From: Candidatus Heimdallarchaeota archaeon
Lineage (GTDB): Archaea; Asgardarchaeota; Heimdallarchaeia; JABLTI01
DNA length: 64,000 bases
Assembly (NCBI GenBank): GCA_018238155.1
Contig: JABCTZ010000006.1
Location: 32,001-96,000, forward strand
Direction: 5' to 3'
In this document: positions 42,017 through 50,613 of the stretch, in pieces
Numbering within the stretch: position 1 is the first letter of the stretch
Layout: each line of letters opens with the position of its first letter
Position numbers and translations under genes: made by a program
Notes under the pieces: generated by a model
Databases searched by the model: none
What the model was told of the DNA's origin: nothing
Seen by the model: only the letters and a program-made list of their open reading frames with translations

Positions 42017-43015
42017 CTAGGAACCAAACCATACATAACTTGAACAGTCACTTATTTGAGCATATTGAGCATCACCAACTGGGGATTGACAGCAACTGTA
42101 AGCAATAGAGAAACCTTCGGTACCTGTAGCATCCAAATTTAATTGTGCAAAGAAGTAATGTGAAAACCTTCCTTCATAAGGTAATGGTTGGAAAAGATAA
42201 GAAAAAGCAGGTTTGTCTTCACGACTGCAGGATATAGCAAGATAAGGTGAAGCTGCAAAATCGTCCACCCAGTAACCTGAATAACATGATTCCACAACAA
42301 TACATTTACGGGGAGCCTCTAATGCATCCATATAGTCTCGAAAATCATCTGAAGAGATTGTGGTTCCATCTTCTTTAAATTTTGTATGGGAGTGTTCATT
42401 ATATGTACTTCCATGACCAAAGATATAAACAAATACGGTGTCTTGATCATGTTCGTATGCATCTATAGTATTCATTGCACTTTGAACAGCTGCAACATTT
42501 GCGCAGTCTTCGTATTTATAGAATTTCGTATATCCATGTTCTTCTTCTAGAATATCAATATAATCGTCAATATCTTGTTCCCGTCCTGCATCACTTGCCC
42601 AGAAGAAGACACCTATCTTTTCTGTTATTCCGACAAGTTCAAAATCATTTGTTCCTCCACCATAGACCGTTTCCATACCAGAATTGAAACGAGTTTTGGT
42701 TGCAGTCAAATAATAAGGTGCATTACCATTCAATGTGACACTAAATCCATAATCACCTGAACTGTCTGTTGTATCTATTCCTAGTATATTGAAATAGCAG
42801 TCAGCGAGCATTATTGTAGCACTACTTAATGGATTATCAGAACAATCTTCTACTGTTCCCTCAAAGGTTGATACACCTTGTACACTCATTATTCTCATTG
42901 TTGAAAAAAGGAGAATGATGATAGCTAAGAAACTTATTTTTTTTTCAAATATTTCATTATTAAATCTCCAATTCAAAAGTGTTGAAAGAAAATTCTTTAA
43001 CAGAGCTATTACCAA
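42017..43015 (-). CDS. Secreted clan CD (caspase/legumain-like) cysteine peptidase with N-terminal carboxypeptidase-regulatory-like domain
   Basis: FEGTVED..NPLSSA..TTDSSGDYGF; catalytic dyad FVYIFGHG and IVVESCYSG; natural ATG at 42957 is out of frame across an A9 run. Confidence 0.75.
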   Translation of the reverse strand: MVIALLKNFLSTLLNWRFNNEIFEKKISFLAIIILLFSTMRIMSVQGVSTFEGTVEDCSDNPLSSATIMLADCYFNILGIDTTDSSGDYGFSVTLNGNAPYYLTATKTRFNSGMETVYGGGTNDFELVGITEKIGVFFWASDAGREQDIDDYIDILEEEHGYTKFYKYEDCANVAAVQSAMNTIDAYEHDQDTVFVYIFGHGSTYNEHSHTKFKEDGTTISSDDFRDYMDALEAPRKCIVVESCYSGYWVDDFAASPYLAISCSREDKPAFSYLFQPLPYEGRFSHYFFAQLNLDATGTEGFSIAYSCCQSPVGDAQYAQISDCSSYVWFGS

Positions 43016-43148
43016 TGGTGTGTAATAAAGTTACCTACATAGTATACGTTATCTTTTCTCTTTGTGAAATTTCCAGTAAGAATTCAAAAGCTTAAAGAAT
43101 TGTGAGAAAAGGAATTTTTCACTCAAATTAAAACATTGATTTACTACT

Positions 43149-43309
43149 AACCTGCGGCTGGATCACCTCCTCTGAAATCGATTGGCCCTCAAGGCTAATC
43201 TCTGGTCCATGGAGGGAAATTTAACCCCTTTACATGTTTGACCTTAATTGTAGGGTTTGTTCAACCTCATGAAATCTTTTGTCATGCAAGAAAAAATATT
43301 TTTGTGCGA
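43149..43309 (+). repeat. R2: duplicate of the 16S 3' end plus trailer
   Basis: AACCTGCGGCTGGATCACCTCCTCTGAAATCGATTGG (37 bp) identical to 39872-39908, then diverged trailer with intact AACCT-CATG-AAA-TCTTTT at 43263-43280. Confidence 0.95.
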
Positions 43310-43352
43310 ATCTTTATAGTTTATATCTAGCTCTTATATAATAGGTGAATAT

Positions 43353-43547
43353 ATGAATTCAATTAACTTGAAAGTAGATGAACCAATAGTTATCCTTTCT
43401 TTGGCTGATTATGAAGCTTTAATAGAATCACTTGAAATTTTAACTGAAGATTCCAAGATATTAGAAGAGATTACAAAAGCAAGAAAGGAGATTGTTACTG
43501 GTCAAGGCGTGCCTCTCAAGGAATTTCTCAAGGAATTGAAGTCATGA
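43353..43547 (+). CDS. Phd/YefM-like antitoxin
   Basis: VILSLADYEALIESLEIL...ARKEI..GQGVPLKE; ATGA overlap with the RelE gene. Confidence 0.8.
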   Translation: MNSINLKVDEPIVILSLADYEALIESLEILTEDSKILEEITKARKEIVTGQGVPLKEFLKELKS

Positions 43548-43801
43548 TCTATGATATAATATTGGCACCTCAACCACAAAAATTTCTTAAAAACATGAAA
43601 AATAAATGAATATTTCTTCAAATTGAAGTTGCTTTCACAAGTATATCTTTAGATCCTAAAAAAGGCAAACAATTAGTAGGTGCTCTAAAGGGATTGTGGA
43701 GTTGGCGTGTAAGTTCTTATCGAATTTTATATGAAATTCAAGAGCAGAAAGTAATTGTATATGTACTTCGTATTTCACATCGGAAAAAAGTCTATGAGTA
43801 A
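43544..43801 (+). pseudogene. relE: RelE/ParE toxin interrupted by in-frame TGA at 43607
   Basis: Own translation MIYDIILAPQPQKFLKNMKNK*IFLQ...GKQLVGALKGLWSWRVSSYRILYEI...VLRISHRKKVYE. Confidence 0.85.
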
Positions 43802-43828
43802 TTTTTAGTCTGAATTTTCATATCTTTG

Positions 43829-43898
43829 TGTAGGTTATTGTACTCTTTGATTATCTTTTACCATTCAAGGAGCGAAATTTTATTGTGCGAGTTAGGTT
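43829..43898 (+). repeat. R3: truncated 16S trailer-arm copy
   Basis: ATCTTTTACCATTCAAGGAGCGAAATTTTATTGTGCGAGTTAGGTT. Confidence 0.85.
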
Positions 43899-44026
43899 CG
43901 TTGTTTTTAGATAAAGTTTTAACCTTTTTTTAAGAAGTTTTTACTTTGCACGTGAGTTGATTTCTTATAAGTTGAAAGGTATTATTTAATAGTTTAACTT
44001 CTATATAGTATAAAAGAGGAATTCGT

Positions 44027-44278
44027 ATGAGTAAATTTGAACGAATTGTCCGTGATCCTGAGATTTGTGGAGGACAACCAACCATAAAAGGCACTCGAGT
44101 TCTAGTTCTCGATATTCTTGATTGGGTTAAAGAAGGACTATCTTTCGATGAAATTTTGGAGAGCTTCCCCAGTATTACTCGAGAGGATATCCAAGAAATA
44201 ATTGCATATGCAAAGGATATGATTGCAGGTGAGGTTGTCATTTATGGTTCTAAGAAAAGCGAAGTTTCTATTGGATGA
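44027..44278 (+). CDS. DUF433 antitoxin
   Basis: RIVRDPEICGGQPTIKGTRV...FPSITREDI. Confidence 0.9.
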   Translation: MSKFERIVRDPEICGGQPTIKGTRVLVLDILDWVKEGLSFDEILESFPSITREDIQEIIAYAKDMIAGEVVIYGSKKSEVSIG

Positions 44279-44603
44279 GAACATTCCTATAAAGCTTGAA
44301 CAATTATTCACTTCTCTTGAGTTATCTTGTGTTTCAATTCGGGATGTGAAGTGGTTTGGCATTAAAAATAGAAAATTATCTGAAAGAGTCAAAAAGAGCT
44401 CCTATATTCTAATTACTCGTGATAAAGATTTCACGTTTCTCTGGAACAAATATGAAGTCCAAGTTATTTATTTAGCTATTGACCCTCCACTTCTATCTTC
44501 TTTTCTTCAACCTCTTCAGAATTTACTTCTAAATTGGCACTATAACCTAGACAAACCTTTTCTTATAATTTTGACTAAGGATACAATTCGTTTAAGACAA
44601 TGA
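44223..44603 (+). CDS. DUF5615 PIN-like toxin
   Basis: FLLDENIP, LITRDKDF; follows DUF433; likely start MVLRK. Confidence 0.8.
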   Translation: MQVRLSFMVLRKAKFLLDENIPIKLEQLFTSLELSCVSIRDVKWFGIKNRKLSERVKKSSYILITRDKDFTFLWNKYEVQVIYLAIDPPLLSSFLQPLQNLLLNWHYNLDKPFLIILTKDTIRLRQ

Positions 44604-44672
44604 TTTGTATTAACACTCTGAAATCTTTTACCAAGTAAGGAGCAAAAAAAGTATTATTGTGCGAGTTCGGTT
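44602..44672 (+). repeat. R4: truncated 16S trailer-arm copy
   Basis: TTTGTATTAACACTCTGAAATCTTTTACCAAGTAAGGAGC...TTATTGTGCGAGTTCGGTT. Confidence 0.85.
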
Positions 44673-44682
44673 AGATAATCAT

Positions 44683-45048
44683 TTAATCTTTAGGTCTTAT
44701 TCGAATTGCTTTGGTTGTAATAATAACTAATTTGCCTTGATATCTAGGTTCTTTTAAGTCTCTAAGCATAAGGCTTCTATGCAATAGTTGATTTGTTGCT
44801 TCAGGATGTGGTGATAGCACTTGCAGAATAATTGTTAATGGAGGTTTTTCTTTCGTGTTATGATATATTTCTCCGAATCTTCTATCATGTGTAATCAACG
44901 GAGTAGAATTTTCTGTTGCATAATCATATATTTCCTCATCAGTTATACTTGATTTCAAAATCTCATCAATTTCTAATACTATGAATTTATTTTTTCTCAA
45001 AATTTTCTTCGTTGATTCTGATAAGCATTCATCAACAATTACTCTCAT
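44683..45048 (-). CDS. DUF5615 PIN-like toxin
   Basis: MRVIVDECL, TDEEIY, LITHDRRFG. Confidence 0.85.
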   Translation of the reverse strand: MRVIVDECLSESTKKILRKNKFIVLEIDEILKSSITDEEIYDYATENSTPLITHDRRFGEIYHNTKEKPPLTIILQVLSPHPEATNQLLHRSLMLRDLKEPRYQGKLVIITTKAIRIRPKD

Positions 45049-45063
45049 TGCCCCTCTCCTCTC

Positions 45064-45303
45064 TTACTCTACTATTGGGATAATTTCATCTTCTGGGTGA
45101 TTAATGAGGTGAATTGAATATTCAAGTGTTGCTCGTATATCCTCTTCTGTTAATTTTGGATATTCTTTGATTATCTGCTCAAAAGACGCTCCGTCTTTTA
45201 GCATCTGTAAGATAATGTAAATTGGTATTCTAGTATTTCTAATGACAGGTTTGCCACCTAGAATCTTGGGGTTTACTTCTATACGATTTATTATTGGATT
45301 CAT
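45064..45303 (-). CDS. DUF433 antitoxin
   Basis: RIEVNPKILGGKPVIRNTRIP...YPKLTEEDIRA. Confidence 0.9.
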   Translation of the reverse strand: MNPIINRIEVNPKILGGKPVIRNTRIPIYIILQMLKDGASFEQIIKEYPKLTEEDIRATLEYSIHLINHPEDEIIPIVE

Positions 45304-45374
45304 TTCTTCTCACAATTATATTTATCTGGCTGACTAATAAAGTTTTTTTGGATTTCTAACAAATTTTTCCATAA

Positions 45375-45452
45375 TAGGAATTTGTTTACACAAAACATCT
45401 TGAAATCTTTTACCAAGCAAGAAGTGAAAAATAGTTTTGTACGAGTTAGGTT
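45375..45452 (+). repeat. R5: truncated 16S trailer-arm copy
   Basis: TGAAATCTTTTACCAAGCAAGAAGTG...TTGTACGAGTTAGGTT. Confidence 0.85.
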
Positions 45453-45592
45453 GTTCTACTTTTATTTGACTCTAATTTTTTTGATTTAGATTTTAAAAAG
45501 AATGAAACAAGAAATAAGAATTTCAAAATATCTTAAGATAGTGGATTTTACATTAAAAAAACCGTTTTGGTAACTAATTTTCTGTATTGTTT

Positions 45593-45850
45593 TTACTGAA
45601 GCATTTCGATGAGTTTATCTTTCGAGATATTGTTCCAAATTGCTACCTTCGTTAAAATATCGTTTAGAGTTCCTTTTGCAATCTCTTTATGTGTAACAAT
45701 AGTAATATGATGTTCTCCTGCTTCCCCTTTCTTTGTTAGTCTTATATGACTTCCTTTTTGTCTTACTACCCGATAATCTAGTTTATTCAGTAGCTTTAGT
45801 AGTTTCTTTCCACTAACTACTGGAAGCTTTGGCAATTGCTTGCACCTCAA
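45593..45850 (-). CDS. hicA: HicA toxin
   Basis: KLPVVSGKKLLK..VVRQKGSHIRL..HKEIAKGTL. Confidence 0.85.
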   Translation of the reverse strand: MRCKQLPKLPVVSGKKLLKLLNKLDYRVVRQKGSHIRLTKKGEAGEHHITIVTHKEIAKGTLNDILTKVAIWNNISKDKLIEMLQ

Positions 45851-46049
45851 ATTCAGACAAAGTTAAAATTCTTATCGTTTCTGTTTGCAATTCTTCCTCA
45901 AAGTGCACCTCAACGGCTTCTTCAATATTCTTTCGTAATTCATCTAAGGTTTTCCCTTGAGTAAAAATATCTGCATCCATTCCTCTTGCACACCAATTTC
46001 CCTCTTCATCTTGATATATTTCTAATTTTATTAGACGCATTAATTTCAC
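45813..46049 (-). CDS. hicB: HicB-like antitoxin
   Basis: QDEEGNWCA..IFTQGKTLDELRKNIEEAV. Confidence 0.8.
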   Translation of the reverse strand: MKLMRLIKLEIYQDEEGNWCARGMDADIFTQGKTLDELRKNIEEAVEVHFEEELQTETIRILTLSEFEVQAIAKASSS

Positions 46050-46117
46050 CTAATTATATCTTCTTTTTCTTTAATTATAAACTCATTTATTATTGATTAT
46101 ATTTAAAACTCATTCTC

Positions 46118-46207
46118 TTTTCATGTTCGATCTAAAAGTAGGATTTGTTTAACCTCATGAAATCTTTTACCAAGCAAGGAGCGAATAAATTATTGTGCTA
46201 GTTAGGT
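46118..46207 (+). repeat. R6: 16S trailer-arm copy with intact BHB half
   Basis: GTAGGATTTGTTTAACCT-CATG(46156)-AAA-TCTTTTACCAAGCAAGGAGCG...TTGTGCTAGTTAGGT. Confidence 0.9.
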
Positions 46208-46255
46208 CAGTTGTTATTATTTTTACTATTTTTCGTTTATCTTAATTGTAAATGG

Positions 46256-47491
46256 TCACTCAGATTTTTTCAGTTGTTTTTTTGTTCTTATCCTAATAGC
46301 AGCAATTACTTTTAGGACAATAACAATTAGAATGATAGAAATAACCGCTATTACTGATACAATTGTAATTATCATTTTAGTTTCAAAGGTTAGAGGAATT
46401 ACCATTGGAAATAATCTTTTAATTCTCTCAGGATTTGTAACATCATAGATAAAAAGGAACCAAGAATAATAAAAAGTCGTAGCAATCCAATCTTCCGTAA
46501 TTATTATACAAATGTTGTTTATCATGACTATTTTTTTATACTCTAACTTCAAACGGTCTTCCATTGAATGTTTATCGAGTTCAATAATATGTTCAAGATT
46601 TGTTTTATCTAATGTTAGTATTTCCCTTTCAGTTACTAGATAAACAATATTTTCAGATACATGAGCTGATTTTGCATTTTCTAATGTATAATTAGCTATA
46701 CAATTCAATCTATTATCATTTAGTATTTCATAAATCTTCAATCCCATATTATCGCAAGCATTTAGCTGATCATCCGACAATGAAATGCTGTTTAGATTGT
46801 CGAATTCATATTCAACTACAAAATCTAATTGAAGAGCACTATTTACTTCATAGATAGCTAAATTTTGCTCTCCGGTTATTACGAAAACTCTTTCCTCATC
46901 CATTATTACATCATTAAAGGAAAAGTTTCTCGTTGTATTACCAATTAAGTTCCAGTTGTTAAAATCTGTTAAATCATATGTGAGCATTAATTTACTTCCA
47001 TAATCGTTAGAACCAAAAATGAATAATTCATCATTGATTATAATCAATTTTAGTATTTCCAAATCTATTGTTGTAAGTATATTCACCAATGTAGCGTTTA
47101 TTTCACAATTAACTATCCCAATGAAATTATCATAGTGTCTTGCACTGAATAATATCTTATCATTGTATCTTGTTATATACCGTGCTAAACTGAGATTTGC
47201 ATTTTTTTCTTGATAGATTACTTGCGCTTTCGCTGGTCTACTTATATCGATTATCTGAAAACCTGCTGAGCTTGTTGAATAGATTAAATCTTCATATACT
47301 ACAAAATCAAAACTACAATGCATCACTGTATTGATCGTATAAAATTTGTCGATACAGACTTTCTTATTGATTGATGTATTTCCACTAATATATTGTGGAT
47401 TTTTGATGTTATTATAGTCTATGGACGTTCCAATGATAACTGTAATGATCATTGAAATTCGTACTAATTTAAAAAAATCGTTTCCTCTCAT
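46256..47491 (-). CDS. LVIVD-like beta-repeat membrane-anchored surface protein
   Basis: Repeats GFQIIDISRP, LTYDLTD, LFIYDVTNP; N- and C-terminal TM; start moved to the ATG of MRGND because the ORF-track extension to 47536 overlaps the promoter-like region shared with the paralog. Confidence 0.65.
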   Translation of the reverse strand: MRGNDFFKLVRISMIITVIIGTSIDYNNIKNPQYISGNTSINKKVCIDKFYTINTVMHCSFDFVVYEDLIYSTSSAGFQIIDISRPAKAQVIYQEKNANLSLARYITRYNDKILFSARHYDNFIGIVNCEINATLVNILTTIDLEILKLIIINDELFIFGSNDYGSKLMLTYDLTDFNNWNLIGNTTRNFSFNDVIMDEERVFVITGEQNLAIYEVNSALQLDFVVEYEFDNLNSISLSDDQLNACDNMGLKIYEILNDNRLNCIANYTLENAKSAHVSENIVYLVTEREILTLDKTNLEHIIELDKHSMEDRLKLEYKKIVMINNICIIITEDWIATTFYYSWFLFIYDVTNPERIKRLFPMVIPLTFETKMIITIVSVIAVISIILIVIVLKVIAAIRIRTKKQLKKSE

Positions 47492-47562
47492 AATGCATCC
47501 CGCTTTTCCATTCTCTTGTATTTCTTTCCTTTTCAAATTGATAAAATTTTTTGTAATGAGCG

Positions 47563-47577
47563 TGTGCGAGTTAGATT
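47563..47577 (+). repeat. R7: terminal remnant of trailer arm
   Basis: TGTGCGAGTTAGATT; the preceding ~60 bp also resemble 48905-48965. Confidence 0.6.
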
Positions 47578-47588
47578 AGTTCATTTTT

Positions 47589-48904
47589 TTATTCTTCTTT
47601 ATATTTCAATTCAGGTTTATTTTTCAGTTTTATTTTTTTAGATTTCTTCAACTTCCTCACAGAAAAGATAGACATAATTATAACAATAATCAAAATAAAT
47701 GGACTTGCAATACCCATTATTGGAAGAATTAAATAGTGAAATATGAGTGGTAATTTTATTATTGGAAATTGTAGTTTAATTCTATTCTTATTTTCTATAT
47801 CAAAGATAAAAAGATCGGTTTGTGTGTCAGGGGCACCTGTCATGTAATCCTCTGTCATAACTAAAACATAGTTTTTGTACAAGAAAATTTTCTTAAAATC
47901 TAGTTCTACTATATCCTTTAGCCTATATTTACTTCTGCATTTAATTTCATCATTTTCTACTTCTAAAAGTACTAAATTCTTTGAGTTTATGATGCAAATA
48001 ATATCATCCTTAACAGCAATTGACTTTGGTTGAGCTATATCATAACTTGCAATTTTTTCCGGATTATAAGGATCGTCATTATTGAACACTTGAATTTGGT
48101 TACTTTTTAATGCATACAGAAAGTTATCCTGAAAACTTATTCTGGTATATTCTTCTTCAAATTCTTTTACTTTTACTGGTGCACTTACATTGCTGAAATC
48201 GTAGACCAACAATTTGTTGTCAATAGTACTATGATATAGAAAATTATTATGGAATTTATAATCTAGGATATCATCATATTTATAATACGGTGGATATTGA
48301 TTCCCAATCACAATTTCTGAAATATTGTGACAACCAATTAAGATTGGATTATAGATATCACTAATATTGTATATTTCACATTGAGGGACTTCATATCTTG
48401 AACCAAACAAAAAGAGATTGTTCTTTTTTTGCTCTAAACGGTGAACAAAGCTTAAATTTGTACCAATTATTTTATTAAAGTATTGATCTTTTCATTTTCA
48501 ATAAATCCAATTACACTTTGATTAACATTATAATTTCCATCCATTGCCATGAACGTAATACTGCCATTATTGTAAAATGAGAAAATATATTCATAATCAA
48601 AATATCTTACCCATTTTAATTCTTTCCATCTTTGTAATTGGGAGATATTTCTTACAAATATTGAACTTGATGAGAAGCTAACGAGAACTAAATCATTTAC
48701 GCATGTAATATCATTGCACATCTTTAACATATGATTAATACTCAGTGGATTATTATTGAAATAATTTAAACTTTCAGTTTTAGCATTGTTTTTCTCAGTA
48801 TTCATATTTGAGTAATGATTCCGTAAATCATTCATTTGAACTAAAATTATGATTATAAAAAAAAAGGTATAAATAATCCTCTTCCTACAATTCTTTAATC
48901 CCAT
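47589..48904 (-). pseudogene. Frameshifted LVIVD-like surface protein, paralog of 46256..47491
   Basis: ORFs 48467..48904 and 47589..48410 join if one A is added near 48470 (TLIK-IIGTNLSF...LFGSRY); LLVYDFSNVSAP and LFIFDIENK repeats, C-terminal TM. Confidence 0.7.
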
Positions 48905-48965
48905 TTTTCCACTCTCTTGTATTTATTTACTCTTCAAATTAATAAAATTTCTTGTAATAAGAATA

Positions 48966-48978
48966 TGCGAGTTAGGTT
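48966..48978 (+). repeat. R8: terminal remnant of trailer arm, end of array
   Basis: TGCGAGTTAGGTT followed by a long T-tract. Confidence 0.65.
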
Positions 48979-49206
48979 TGTTTTTTTCTTTTTTTGTTTT
49001 TCGTTCGAGTTTTCCTATTATTTTCAACCCAAGAACTATACTTAATATTATTATGATAAAAATAATCCTCGATTTTTATTGTTTATTTCAATCAAAAAGA
49101 GCATGCCAAATTATTATTAAAGATAGAAAGATATTCTTCATTGGGATTTATACTAGGTTTATTATCTTAGATTTTGAATTCACAAGAAATTTCCAGGTGA
49201 AAAAGT

Positions 49207-50508
49207 ATGGAAGAAAACCAACTAACTGAACAAGAAACAGATACTAGAATAGAAGAAGTATTGAACGATAATCGAGCAGATAAAAAGCAAATTAGTCCAG
49301 TATTAAAGGTGATTATTCTAGGCATATTGACCTTCTTTACTATTGTAGCTGTTTCAGTTTTACACGCAAATAAACCAGAATTCCTCGCTAAAGTCAGTAC
49401 GTATGAGTTATCAGAGTTTCAGGAATCGTTATTTGATTCTGTGCAATATGCTTCGTATCTTATTTTCGGTATTATTATAGGAATACTTGCTGATAGATTC
49501 GCAAAGCGGAGAATCTTTATTCTTATTGGAAGTGCTGTTTCAGCAGTTTTCTTCTTTCTAATGACGATTGTGGGTCAATATTGGCTTCTCTTGATTTTCA
49601 GGTTTATCCAAGGAGCCTTCACTGTTATGATTTGGCAGATGTTAATGACTATGATTCTTGATGTTTCTACAGAAAAGGATCGTGGAAGAAACATGGGTAT
49701 TTATGGCTCTTTACTTGCATTAGGTTTTGGTTTAGGACCAATGTTTGGAGGTTTCTTATCTAAGGCGGGAGTTAATGTACCCTACTACACTGCTACTGGT
49801 CTTGTCTCACTAGTTTTTATTCTCTCTTTAGTTATTTTACGAGAAGCAGAAACTACTGCTGATAGACCCACAATTATTGACTCACTTTCAATTGTTAAAA
49901 AATATCCCCGAATTATTATCCCCAGTATATTCAATTTTGTGGATAGATTTACTATTGGTTTTATAGTCTTTTTAATACCGTTCTTCCTTAATGATGAATT
50001 AGGGCTTCCAGCTGAAAAAAGAGGTCTCTCTCTTGCAATCTTTGCTTTACCATTTATTCTTCTTCAATTTCCGATGGGCAAACTAGCAGATAAAATTGGT
50101 CGGTATATTCCTTTATTGATTGGTAGTTTATGTTATTGTATTGTTTTACCGATGGTAGGCTATTTTAGCGCCAATAATTTTACCGTGTTGTTAATACTGT
50201 TAGCTCTTTTAGGAGTCTTCTCAGGTATTTCTGCACCTGCTAATATGACTTTAGTTGGAGACTTTGTTAAAAAAGAGGATAATGCTATGGGAATGGGTTT
50301 CTTTAATTTCGCCGGAAATTTAGGTGTTACTCTTGGTCCTTTAGTTGGTAGTTTATATGGCATTTATGGATACAACACAATTTTTCTATCAGCTGGCATT
50401 GGAAGAATGATCCTGTTAGTTATTAGTGTTCTCTTGATCTTCTTAGTTTTCAAAGAAAAATTACAACCTTCTCCTAAAGGAGCTGTTGAATTAAATACTG
50501 AAAAATAA
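49207..50508 (+). CDS. MFS transporter
   Basis: GILADRFAKRR and GKLADKIGR motif A, RFIQG, about 12 TM. Confidence 0.9.
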   Translation: MEENQLTEQETDTRIEEVLNDNRADKKQISPVLKVIILGILTFFTIVAVSVLHANKPEFLAKVSTYELSEFQESLFDSVQYASYLIFGIIIGILADRFAKRRIFILIGSAVSAVFFFLMTIVGQYWLLLIFRFIQGAFTVMIWQMLMTMILDVSTEKDRGRNMGIYGSLLALGFGLGPMFGGFLSKAGVNVPYYTATGLVSLVFILSLVILREAETTADRPTIIDSLSIVKKYPRIIIPSIFNFVDRFTIGFIVFLIPFFLNDELGLPAEKRGLSLAIFALPFILLQFPMGKLADKIGRYIPLLIGSLCYCIVLPMVGYFSANNFTVLLILLALLGVFSGISAPANMTLVGDFVKKEDNAMGMGFFNFAGNLGVTLGPLVGSLYGIYGYNTIFLSAGIGRMILLVISVLLIFLVFKEKLQPSPKGAVELNTEK

Positions 50509-50525
50509 TGTTCAAAACTAATAAT

Positions 50526-50551
50526 CTAGATTCCCAGTAAGAGGAATCTAG
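50526..50551. terminator. Hairpin between convergent MFS and ADH genes
   Basis: CTAGATTCC-cagtaaga-GGAATCTAG. Confidence 0.45.
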
Positions 50552-50613
50552 TGACTCTTTTCTTTCGATATTCAATAATTTGAAGTGAGAAAAATGAAAC
50601 GGATAATTACTAA

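Noticed and set aside
43607-43609. Selenocysteine read-through of the RelE TGA
   Set aside because: The position is not a catalytic Cys site in RelE and no SECIS-like element was recognised; a nonsense mutation is simpler.
43829-48978. Repeats as integron attC sites (RYYYAAC...GTTRRRY boxes, e.g. GTTTAAC 46147 and GTTAGGT 46201, 61 bp)
   Set aside because: The terminal boxes fit, but internal L''/L' self-pairing is weak, no IntI is present, and the whole repeat is better explained as complementary to the 16S leader. It is still worth an IntegronFinder/attC covariance run.
39953-48978. CRISPR array
   Set aside because: Spacers are 0.5-3 kb genes, repeats vary in length and sequence, and there are no cas genes.
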